Shown here: piece by piece, positions 13,060 to 25,265 of the stretch | Layout of the letters: the number at the start of each line of letters is the position of its first letter | Position numbering within the stretch: the stretch's first letter is position 1 | Origin: Acanthaster planci | Lineage: Eukaryota | DNA: 64,000 nucleotides | Assembly (NCBI RefSeq): GCF_001949145.1 | Contig: NW_019091362.1 | Location: 894,427-958,426, forward strand | Direction of reading: 5' to 3' | Notes under the pieces: generated by a model | Seen by the model: only the letters and a program-made list of their open reading frames with translations | Told to the model about the DNA's origin: nothing | The model's database searches: none | Translations under genes and position numbers: made by a program

Positions 13060-16000
13060 GGGGGGCGCTTAGTTTACCGCATAGTGTTAATGCACTTGTA
13101 CCAACTAGAGACTCTTGTATTTTTAAGTGAAGCAAAGCACCCACAATTTATTGTATATTTATTCAAAAGAGGAAGTGGAATTTTCTTCATTCATTCCACT
13201 TCTTTTATTTAATGTTGGAGATATGTAGAGAAAACAAATAAACCAGCAATATCAACCGATCAAAATAAAACTTGTAAACTGGCGGTAAATCTCAGTTCCG
13301 TACCCAAGTTTTTCTTGATATTTTCTGGATAGGGAGGTTTTGAGGACCACTTTGAGGTTTTGTGGCTAGGTTCTCCTTAAATCTGTTGAGTGAGGATGGT
13401 CCCTGTAACGCCACAGAAAGGCTTGGCCAGTATGGGTGCAATGTACAAGTATGTGTATGGCACAAACACACTCACCACAACTGACGAACTTAATCAGTTA
13501 TTGTTATCCATCAATTTCTATCATGAAGCTATTCAACATGTCAGCACAGTGGAAAAGATTAATCTATGAACTAGTCCGATTTCACTCAATTGTGCCACAC
13601 ATGGTGTGACATGTGACAGAGAAGCTTATGCAATAAATCTTCATGGGGAATACATATTGCTGTCCAAGACCAAAAACACAGGTAGGAGTTCAAACTATGG
13701 CCAGGTGTGGGAGGTGGGGGATAACAGGTTGGCAAGATAAATGTTCTGAAAATAGGACAAAGTTTAAGTACAGTTTTAAGAGACTTTGCTCAAAATTGGT
13801 CAATTTAAAAGTCTGTTCAATTATTTTAATATTGCAAATTCAGCAGACAGAGGAGGGGTTTATTCTGAATTTATCCGATACAGCCTCCAAGACCCAATTC
13901 AGATCATGAACCAAATTTCAAGGAGGCCAAAAACTTATGCAACATTTTATAGCCTTTTGAGAGTTGAAGCAACACTTTGGCGATTTTTCATGATTTCTCA
14001 AACATTTTTTGCTTTTCCCTGGATCCACCCCAAGAAACATCTAGAATCTTTTTAAGAACCACTCTTCTGCAGCGTGGTAATATGGACGAAATGTTACTGT
14101 CTCTTTTGTTTGGAGCAAGTTAACCTTGATATCTGGTAGTTTATAATGTCAAACCATAGTCAAACTGAGGTATACAGTTAAAATAGAACAACGACGTCAT
14201 CATTCTTTTTACAGTTTTATCTCCTTGACACTGAATAATTAGAGGCTCATACTGACCATGAGGTCCAAACGAAATTGGTATTTATCCATAATGATCATTC
14301 TCCGCAAAGCTTCATTTACAGTACCTAGCCTCAGCCCCTACGGTATATGACTTCCGGGTCTGTGCCAGTCACGCTCAAGAAATTCCAAAAATACTCCAAG
14401 AGTACGAACTGATATGAAACATGTGTCGGCTGTTTACAGTGAGGATAGAGTTCCCTGGTCAGGAAATCATCACTGGTCATCGGTCAATGGCATGTGAATA
14501 AGTCAAGATTTAGACATGTATACATGTACGTGTGTATACACCACAGGGCTAGATGTACATGTACATGTTACATGCACACATGTAACGGTATGCTTGCAAT
14601 GGGCGCTACATACTCGGCCAACCCCTCTCCCCCAAAACGAATTAAACTGCTTGTCAATGAAATAACCTATTACCATACATGTACCTGTACAATTGAGACC
14701 CCGTTTCACAAATTACAATTCAAGAAAAGCAAGATTTGATTAACTGCAATTCAGAATTCCCATGGTCAATGGGTTGACCTAATTTTAGCTTCTGGGAATG
14801 TTTTTCATCTAGTAAAGTTCAAATACAGTTTGCTGGTACAGTCATGTTCTGTAGCCTTGAAGCTACCGGTACCATTAGTAATTTTTTGATGTAGTGAAAT
14901 AAATTCTTTCAAAGGTTGCTCTACCTTTTTCAAGCAGTCTAATGACCAACGGTGATAAAAACTGAAGAAAGGCTCATAGTTATAACCTTGGCCTTACAAA
15001 ACCTCTAAATTTAATGGAATTTTGCAGGACTTAGGTGACAGGTTAGAAACCCGCAATCTTGCGGAAATATAAAAAATTCTTAAAATGCAATTTTCAATTA
15101 AGAGTGATAAATTTTACGAATATTCAATCAAGTTTTTTTGTCGTATTATTTTAATTTTGGTCTTTTTATTTACGGATCTTTTAAAACTCTTCTGGGGGGG
15201 GAGGGGAATGACAAGAAGCTCCTCCTCATTGGCAAAGAAGAGACAACCTGACGCAAAGTTTTCAATCATGCCCTGCGCACACAGAGACGGGCACATTCTA
15301 ACCAATATTGGTCCCACATGCTCAGTGTCTTCCATGGCAAGTTTGCACGAACCTGTTTGTACACGTGGTAATTCCCTACCAAAGAGATGTTGTTGCTGTC
15401 GTCTTGTTTTCCTGCACATAAGTGCATGGGTCGCCCCATCCACACCTGCTTGATTATTATATAAATACATATCACGCCTGAATATACGTAAATCCCCATC
15501 ACCTGACCGGCTTTGCCCAATGGAATGGAACATCCCACCTGTCATCTCAGGAAATCATTAACATTTCACTCATACATGTAGATGATAGAGGAAATAACAT
15601 GAATTGTGGGGCAAATGTAGAACAGTGTTTTTAACAAGGGCCGGCAAAGTTCATTGCCACTGCTGACGACATGTCCGACATATGACGCCCTTGTAATTAA
15701 ACTTACTGAAAAATGATCCCAAATGAAAACACAGTATCTAATCAAAGTTTGTTTTCAGAGCTCCTGCTGTACACATTGTGTACTGTGCACACACACTGCT
15801 GGTGAATTTCATTTGAAGATGAAATTTGAGTTTTACTTCCAGCACGGACAAATTTTGAGGGGGAAGGGAAAACAAGAAAAACTTTATACTTGAATAACAT
15901 TTCAGGACTTATCTGCAAGAACCTATTCAAACAGGAAATAAGTGGCATTTTAAATGGGAAAAATGAAACATCCAAGAAAACCCTAGGAAACTGAAAAGAA

Positions 16001-17703
16001 AAAGATCACTACTAGTCAAGATGGATTTGGTTCATTAAAAGGAACAACAAAATTCCAAGCTTAAGCACGTTGCTAACTTGGGATGCATACCGTTGGAAGA
16101 ATACATGTGCAAGAAGTCACTTTGAACATTTCATGTAAAGTGAAAGATTCGTTTGACCTTTCCCTCTTCAAAACAGATTCTAACTATTCTCACTTTCTGT
16201 TTGTGCCCGATGCTGTTTTTGTACAGGTCGGACAATACAACAAGTCTTAAATTTCATTGCACAGAGCAGCGTCCAAACGATAGCCCAACAATGCATTCAA
16301 TCTTGTCTCAAAGAAGTCTGCTGACTCTGATACATATTGATCAGCGTGCAATCCCTCGGGGTAAGCGGATGACTGAAAAGTACTGCAGCTTTAGCAGACT
16401 TGTCTTTCAAGTCAGACGTTGGATACAACAAGGAAAACGTGAAAGTGCACAAAAGTCTTCTGCTAAACATCAAGAATCCCTCCGTTTTACTGGATTCAAA
16501 TGATGACATCTAACATTCATGGCCACAATGAATCAAACAGAGTCCAACGGTTGATACATTTTGCTGGATTTTGCTGATTTCAGTTTTCAGCAGTTGGGTA
16601 ATGCAGGAGTCAGTCAGCTGACAAGATCAAGATGAATATATTTTAATTTCAAAAAAAGGAAAAAAGAGAAAAAAAGGAGCCTCTGCAGGTAATATGTGGA
16701 ACTCTGTATTTTCCTAAGGTGAAGATAGAAAACAGAACACATGTACTCCATGCAACACCGCGCAGGATAGTTTTCTGTGACACGAGATAAAGTTGTGAAA
16801 CAACAAAGCTTAAGTATGTTAGATTCTGCAGTTTGGGAGATCTGTACATGGAGGCTGAAGCTGATAATTTACAATCAAAACAAATACAGAAATACTTCCA
16901 TTCCAATTAAAAATAAACCTGGAAATAGATGTACATGTATGCATTTTACAAACTTTTTTTTCTTAATTGAATTCACCTGTCATTATACAATTTGCTCTGT
17001 CAGAACAATTCTGCATAATATACATAGGTACTTGTACATGTACATGTACAGCAACTCAAGAAGAAATTGTTGCATGGAGAACATATGGGATGAAACCTTC
17101 AAAGGAAACGACAATAGAGTACATGTACCGGTGCATGGCATTAAAATGCTTATTGGTGATTCAAATTAATTAAAGGTCTCTCAAAGGTACCATTTGAGTG
17201 ACGCAGATGTCCCATTTGTCCCCCAACCAAGGGCAAATGCATGTTTGTCTAACCTTTTCAAAATTACAAAAAACTACAAAGGGATAATTGAAGATGAAAC
17301 GGCCAAACCAACCGTAGAAATGTCTCCAATTCATCTGAATGTACCGGTATATGGAGGAAACCCCCAAAATAGAAGCACAGAGGGCTGTGTCACAAATACT
17401 GAAAAAGTGTCATGCTACCCAGGCTAAAGCCCATTGAAAGACCTGATGTGTTGGCTGGATTTCAAGAACAACCCTACCCAAAAACGTATTCATTCATGAA
17501 CTTTAAGCTGGTAGATTCCCTGAGGTTAAAATCAACAAGCGCTAACAGTCCCAGAACGCAATACTTTTAATTGTTTACATTGGCTCACCCTGAGATGTTC
17601 CTACAAGTAACAATATTTTTAGTCAGTCACCTCACTGAATTGACGTACTTCCCCATGAGAAACACAACAGTTGCAGGCTTGCACAAAGATAATGGGTGTA
17701 CAT

Positions 17704-18005
17704 GTACCAATACCAGTACATGTAGTCGTACATGTCGAGTACCAGTACAATACCAGTACGTGTAGTCGTACATGTCGAGTACCAGTACAATACCAGTACA
17801 TGCAGTTGTACATGTCGAGTACCAGTACAATACCAGTACATGCAGTTGTACATGTCGAGTACCAGTACAATACCAGTACGTGTAGTCGTACATGTCGAGT
17901 ACCAGTACAATACAAGTACATGTAGTCGTACATGTCCAGTACCAGTACAATACCAGTACATGTAGTCGTACATGTCCAGTACCAGTACAATACCAGTACA
18001 AGTAC
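17704..18005. repeat. 40-bp minisatellite, 7 full copies plus partials (TACCAGTACATGTAGTCGTACATGTCGAGTACCAGTACAA)
   Basis: Units start at 17711, 17751, 17791, 17831, 17871, 17911, 17951 and 17991, with few substitutions and no spacers. Confidence 0.97.
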
Positions 18006-19319
18006 ATTTATATGTAGTTTGCCTCCTCTACTTGTGTATATTGCTATACATTTGTACATGTAACAGTGGAGTACCAGAGCTACCGTAGGGTACATGTACA
18101 ACTGTACATCCTGCTCACTCTGATTCCAATTTCTAAATTTATACGTCCTTTTAAAGAAAATATTATACAAGTACATGTATATACATGTAAGTCTCACTTT
18201 ACAGTAGTTATTTTATTTATTTATTTTTTTTGAGAAGAGGACCTTACTCTCACTTTACATAATTCACAAGGAGATTTTTATGCAGACAGCAGACAAGACT
18301 AGGACATGAACAAGGAGGCAATAAAACTTACTCCAAATTAGATGTCATGCCTGTGCAAGGAAACGGTTTGTCAAAATGAAATGCCCGTAAAGAAATGGAC
18401 CCACACCTTATTGCAAACGTTCCATGAATGCACATGAATTAAATGAAAGCAAGAAGGAAATGTTCCGTGCAAGCACCAATCTTAAGCTTGAAATATTCCA
18501 CTCTGTAAATATACGACTGATCACACCAAATACCTGGCATGTACCAGTACTTGACTTGGATTCATGCATGAATAGTCTGACATAACAGACACCCTGTATA
18601 CATGTACATAAAATTCATGCATGCATGCATTCACATACCCGTTACACTGAAACAATATCTATTGGTGATGGATATCATGGAATTTATGTACTGGTACAAA
18701 CAATAGATCAGTGCTGCAATGGCTGTAAAGAGAACGCTGGAGAATATTTTGGATTGTTCACAAAGTTGTCAATTTACTACATGTGACTCCGCGGAAACAC
18801 AACACCCGTCTGTTTGGAATGATACTTGCACAGGGTGAATTCAATGCTTCAAACTGACAGGCGAAACTTTCATTGGCACTCATCATAAAGTTTGTCATTG
18901 AGAAAACGCTGGGTGACCGCAAAGTGACAACTGTATTGGAAAGGTCAATACCAGTAACAGCTTATAATTATAAATTACACTTAATGTTCAATTAGAACAC
19001 TGATCTTCCTGTACAAAAGTAAACCCTGACCCAGGTAAAATGTACATGTATGTGTACCCGCTACATGCCACTCCCTGGGCAAAATGAAGATAAAGAACCC
19101 GACTGTGCCTAGATTCAACCGGCGCATTTCCACAGCATGACACATTTACACGCAATACATAAATTACTGTAGGGACCAAATACGTCTTTTGCGTGTTGCC
19201 TAGCAATTGTTGTGGCAAAACAGTGGCACGCCTGTAATGCACTGCAAAACAAGGTTTGGGAGTGTGACAACATGTATTTTTGGGCACTCCAGGATTGACA
19301 AAGACACATTTATATTTAC

Positions 19320-19391
19320 CTTTTCATCGGCACTATCAAGTGGGTCACTGCAACTCTCAGGATGAAACAACTCCATTTCAAATCTTGTCAT
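19320..19391 (-). CDS. Candidate alternative first coding exon (MTRFEMELFHPESCSDPLDSADEK, 24 aa)
   Basis: 72 nt from ATG to the donor AAG|GTAAAT, phase 0. Acidic peptide similar in character to the other candidates. Confidence 0.4.
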
Positions 19392-21401
19392 GGACGCCGA
19401 AGTACATGTAGAGTAAACTTGCCTAATCTGCCGTCCACCCCATCCGAAAATGCCAGTTGGTGTGCACGTCAACAGAAATAATCTTGTTCTTCCATGATGG
19501 GTTTTTCTCAGTCAAACTGCTCTTTTTATATCTTTTCTTGTGCCCCACAACAGGTGCATATCACACCCTGTAACACCTATGAGGAAAGTCCGTGCAGATG
19601 GTGTCCACACTAACAGATGTGCTGTTTGACGTTATCACGGAGCGACAAGCATTCTATTTTGGCCATGTGCTCATTTTTACCCCCCACGGACCATTTTGAA
19701 AGTCTGCAGGAGGTAACGGTGATAATGCAACACAACTTGATTGAGGTACCGCTATGTTTGGGTGCCAGTCTTGTGAAATTACATCATACATGTATCTTAT
19801 GCATGTTTACCGATCCTTACCAAAACAAAAACAAAAAAAAGGGAGGAAAAAAAAGCATCTGTACACATTCCCATGGAGATGTAAACAATGTACATACTAA
19901 TTAAGGATGAATTAATTGTGACATGCAAAATGGCAACCCAAACAGAAAATTCTCTGATGAGGTGCGTATTGATTGATTCTGGTCCAATGCACACGTATTG
20001 ATCAATAAAGCTTTGTGTATTGATCAGCTGGGTTTTGACGTCATTCAGGCTCTATTGTTACACGGATTCCATGTTAAAAAAAAAAGAAGACATTGTTGTT
20101 CACTCTGTCATGTGCTTCGATAACAGACAATGCAAAGCAATGAGAATCATGAGGTGACAGGTATTTGATATGAACAGACATGTATATATGCGTGGACCAC
20201 TGGTTATCCAGCATCATGCAAAGGCAGCTAGGGAATAAGTATACATGTAATGTACTTATTCACTTATTTCAGAAAAATTGTAACCAAATCTGTATGATCA
20301 TTTTTCACAAAATTAACCTCACTGTGCCAAATAATTGGTTGCTTGTTCATTTTTTTTCCAGTAACGTCTCTCCACTTACTCATAATACGCGAAAATGTTT
20401 TTACATTTCCAAGGCATATCGCACACACAGACTGGCCAAAGCTAACAGGATAAGCTATAACAAAAATAGAACGAGGTAATCTCCCCTTTAGGTAAGTTCA
20501 ATGTAATGAAATCCAGCACTTCGCTGTTATCATCACAATATCTTTTTCAAAATCTGACCATCCTGTCAAAGTGATTACATTGCCATTTTTTTAAACATCC
20601 ACGAGCCTAGATTTTGTTAAAATGTCTGTTGTAAGCATGAACACTTTACGCTATTGATTCTGATACCCGGGCATATATTGTACATGTACTTGTGTACGCG
20701 CATACATGCACTTGAATATCTCAAGAGTCTTAATCCACCCACCAGCCTAATTGTCTAGATTTCTTGATGCAAGACTATGGCCCACAGCAAGATCACAACC
20801 TTAATCCTTTCCCATCACACTCACAGACATCCCTCTCCCAACGGGCAAGCCGCTCCCAGCAGAACTGAGCCAAATTACCCTGCAACTCACTAGGGGCAGC
20901 CATCACTGCTGAGTACCACTGACTTGGCACCTGATTCCAGCATGCATACCAATTGATCTACAAAGCTCCACAGTTATCCAATCAGTTACGCTGTGTTACA
21001 GTTCTGGGAAGTCAATGAATTTGAAAACCAAAACCAAAAGCAAATAGACAACTAAGGGGTAGGCCACACAGCGTGAGCGGTGAATCTCGGAATAACTGAC
21101 ACAGATTGAGCAGGTGGATTTGGCCAGTTTTGACACCAGAAGCAAGGAGCGTACAACCCAGTTTGCAATTCCCCTCAGCTCTGATTTTTCACAGGTCAGT
21201 AAGATGATTCAACCACAGAGGACTTTCCCCTACCACAGGCTAGAAACCTTGATGACCTCTGGCTCCCAAAAGAAATTGATTGCGAACTATGTAGTGTGGC
21301 CATTACTGCATAAAATCATTAAGAAATAAAAATGAAGACAGCAGGGACGCTCATCTATGCTTATCAGTTATTGTTAGGTTAATGATTGTGATGCCATCAT
21401 A

Positions 21402-23268
21402 CATTTCCCCAAAAAGTTTTCTTATATAAGAAAGTTATTCTTGAAAAAAGAAAATTAATCTTGTTTAAACAAAATGTTTAAGATAACACATTTTTGGTGA
21501 GAAAACATTTCTTGAAATATTGAGCAATTAAGAAAAGAAAATTTTTTTCTTCTTTTAAGAAAATTATCTGCTTATACAAGAAATCAATTCTCAGAAAAAG
21601 GAATTAAATCTTGTTGTAAGAAACAATTAAGAAAATAGAGTTTTGGCACAAAAGTATTTCTGAAAATATTGAGCATTTAATACTACAAGTTAATGATTCC
21701 TCTTTTAGGAAAATAACATTTTTGGTAAAACAGGTACATCTTTTCTTTAAGAAAAGGAATCTTGCTTCAAGAAAATATTTTAAAATCCTTCGATCAAAAT
21801 AGAGGGTACTGTTTGGCGCTCTTTTTAAAGTTGTTCGGCATGTTCAGTTGCCAGGGACAAACATTTTCTCATTGTATTTCATCATTTTTATCCTGCCACA
21901 GGTATGCTCACTACCATGTTTGAATTTAGTTACCATAGATTTAGGAAGGCTAGGCTTTAGAACCTAACTGTATCAGATGTTTTAAGATCGGAAAGATTTA
22001 AAAAACTGTATAAGGTTCAGATCTGCTGTTTAAAAATGTATAATTGTGTTGATGTATGTTTTACAGCACACATATTCAACTGTACATGCAAGCTTCACTG
22101 AGCATGTCCAATTGAACACTTCCTGTGCTCTTGTTGACAGCTGCACACTGAATGTGAAATCTGATACAAATCTAGACCTCAGAATTGTCATGAATAGAAG
22201 AATAAAAGCATAGTGCTCAAAAGTAGGATTTGAAATTCACAGTTTGCTTCATTTTAAAAAAATTGTTATCCATATGTGCAATGCATGATGAAATGATTCA
22301 AATCAAATGTCCCCAAGTCAGTGAAAAGTACTATACCTGCTAATTTATGTTTTGGTCAGCCTTACTAAATTTTATTTTCATATGTGTATTTTCCACAATA
22401 CCAATAAGCCACACCATATGTCAAACAGCTTTTAAGCACCTAATTTCTGGAAACAGAACATTGGCCTACCATACACTATGCAGCCATGTTAATTTGAAAC
22501 CCAAAATGGCTAAGCTGATGATTGCAAGGAGTCAGTAAGTACCCAGATACATGTCAACTTGAAATGAAATAAAGTTATTCACTATTTGTCATAATTTGTC
22601 GTGAAAATACTTGAAATTTAATCTTTGCATGGGAAGACCATTATTCTGCATACTTTTATGAAATCAACCCTGTCTTCAGAAAAGATTGTTCCATAGTAAA
22701 AAATCTGCATTTCCCCCAAGAATTACTAAATTGGTATGATTAATATTTTACACATAGTTGAGAAATGTTTTGTTTTATAATATTGGAAACATTGTCTCCA
22801 CTAATATTTAGAAACTGAATTTAGGAAAAACTCTTTCGGTTCTTTTTGAGTAAAAAAATCTCGCCAAGAAATTAGCTCTTGTACCATCCAAGAAAAGCAC
22901 TGCGGATGGTAAGAAAACAGCCAACAAAAGACTTCTTCATTGCAAAAGAAAACACCTTTTCTTGTGTCATTCCCTCGGAAATTTCAATAAGAAAATTATT
23001 CTGTCAGATTTTCTTGATTAAAAGAATAAGCAAATTAAATCTCAAACCAGATTTTTTGATGAATGAGAAAAGGTATTGTGCCAATTTTCTTTGAGAAAGG
23101 GTAGGAAAAAATTCTTACTTCAGAGTAGTTAAATCAAGAAGAAACGAAATATGAAACAATAGTTTCTTAAAACAAGAAGTGATCAAACCAAAATATTTTG
23201 TGTCACTCCCTGGAAAAAAAGACTTGTTTCAATTTTTTTCTCCAAATAAGAAACCATTTTTGGCAATG
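21402..23268. mobile_element. ~1.87-kb non-autonomous DNA transposon with imperfect TIRs and AAGAAA/TTTCTT-rich subterminal regions
   Basis: Left end TA|CATTTCCCCAAAAAGTTTTCTTAT and right end ATAAGAAACCATTTTTGGCAATG|TA. About 400 bp at each end is dense in AAGAAA motifs. No transposase ORF. Confidence 0.6.
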
Positions 23269-25193
23269 TAGTGATGCGAGCTGTGACTGAAATATTCAAC
23301 CAAACATTTCCCCGTTTGTGACCCGGTTGCTGGATTAGGTGACCCAGACATGATCAACTCACGACAGAAGGTCAAATGACAGGCCAGCGTGGAAGTTTAT
23401 AACCGTGATCATGACAATGACAACCAACAGAATGGATATTTCAATGTCTTCACCGAGAACCCTAACGGAGAAAAATACACACAAACATTTCCTGTTCCTG
23501 GTGTGAGGAACTTGGAGCTCAAAAAAGAGGCAGGTTATTATTACTGTGATTAAAAACTACAGGAAGACTGAGAATAAAGTTCATCAACAGTTCAACTGTT
23601 CATGCCATATCTCCCCAAATCCAAAACAGGCTCCTAAAAACTGGAAGCCTTCCAAAGTTTCAACCTAAAAAATCACTGGTCCAGAAATGCACCTCGTTAA
23701 AGACCAAAGCATGCACTTATACCGACTTACATGTTTGTCTGAGCGGTAACTCACTTTTGTGTACACAAAAGCTACTGCTGTAAAAGATAAACATTGTTGA
23801 GTCGCAATAAGCTAGCCAAATATTTCAGTCAACTTCTTTAACAAAATACCCTGACTTATCATTGGAGACGACAAAGATTTCACAAAGAACAAACCTTCAC
23901 ATCATCAGTGTTAATACCAGCACTGTGTCTGATGCGCAGCCCATACATAATACAACAGATATCCCAGCCGGCTGAGCTCATGAAGTCAATCGGGAGTTTG
24001 GGCAGACGTACCGTAGCAAGCATCAGATCCCGGCAAAATGCCACTTTGGTGACAATTTGGCCACAATTCCACAACTAAATTTCTGCATTTATTGACCGAA
24101 GCAATGAAATTTAAGACTGGGCTGAACCTCGTTGTGCTTCTCAGTATGATCGGACAAAGTACATGTACCATACAAGTATGTTTTGTTTTTATGAACTACG
24201 TAACAGTTGGATGGAAAAACGCATAAGGCGATTAAAATGCTACAAGAAAATGAACTGGTATAAATAGTATCAAATTCACCTGGTCGTGTTAAAGAACACA
24301 ATACAATCTACAATGCGCTAACGATTATTTGATGAACGACCTTTGATTGACGGGAAACAAAGAAAATTATCCAACTTCCGGAGACTGCTGGCTGAGTGTT
24401 CTCAAAACCCAACCCAGGAACTCTTGTCCTCAGCAACAACCCACGACACACTGTACACTGACCATACAGCTGCCTGATATATTTTCATTGGCTCCTCAGA
24501 AACAGATGTTAATTGCATAAACGAGTAAATTGCCAGCCCACCAATACATCCAATTAGTGCTTTGTTGACAGGCCAAGATGAGCAGATGCAGACAGGTGTA
24601 TAACGGTAAACCTTACCCAATGATGCAAAGGCGTGATTATCTGCAACCCTTGACTCAGGCAAAAATATTAAGTGATTATCCATGCACTTGTGTGAACTTT
24701 AAACACTTACACAAAGCAAGCACATAACCAAAAACTGCAAAGCACTGTCCCCTGTACAGGTTCATGTACTTGAACAGTTGTAACAGGAACCACACTGCGC
24801 ATGTGCAATACATGTACTTAACCCTATTAAGAACTTCATTTTCATGCAGAGACCACTCCTACATTTCTGTAAATGCCAGTATGTAGCAAATGCCTGTCAT
24901 GTAAATGTAAGAAAAAAGCACCAGAATACTGCTTAGCACATTGTCAATTGTCTGGTTTAGCAGGTTTTTGATGAAAGACATCAATGGACGAACTCATGAA
25001 CACTGTACAGATGATTTTCTTCAGAAGACTATGTAGTCCTATTTGACAAGACCACAAGTTGTACCAGAACACTGCTTTTAAGTACACATATACACAAGTA
25101 TGTGTTCTATACATACACCCTAACCTACATGTACTTACGTGTACTAGATTGCCTAAGACAAATTCCAACTTTCTCAGAGAAATTCTAACTTAC

Positions 25194-25265
25194 AATCTTC
25201 TGGACATTGCCAGTGGGAGGATCTTCTTCTTCCTTTTTCTCAATGTTCAAATTGTCATCCATCAT
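25194..25265 (-). CDS. Candidate alternative first coding exon (MMDDNLNIEKKEEEDPPTGNVQKI, 24 aa)
   Basis: aaaATGATGG start context, GAA-rich coding-like sequence, donor ATT|GTAAGT, phase 0. The frame is also open further upstream, so the start is uncertain. Confidence 0.55.

Noticed and set aside
17704..18005. CRISPR-like appearance of the repeat
   Set aside because: Units are directly adjacent with no unique spacers, there are no cas genes, and the context is eukaryotic.
17571..18197. Cluster of overlapping ORFs up to 192 aa (Cys/Thr/Tyr/Val repeats)
   Set aside because: Artifact of the stop-poor 40-bp minisatellite. The same peptides cycle through all frames on both strands.
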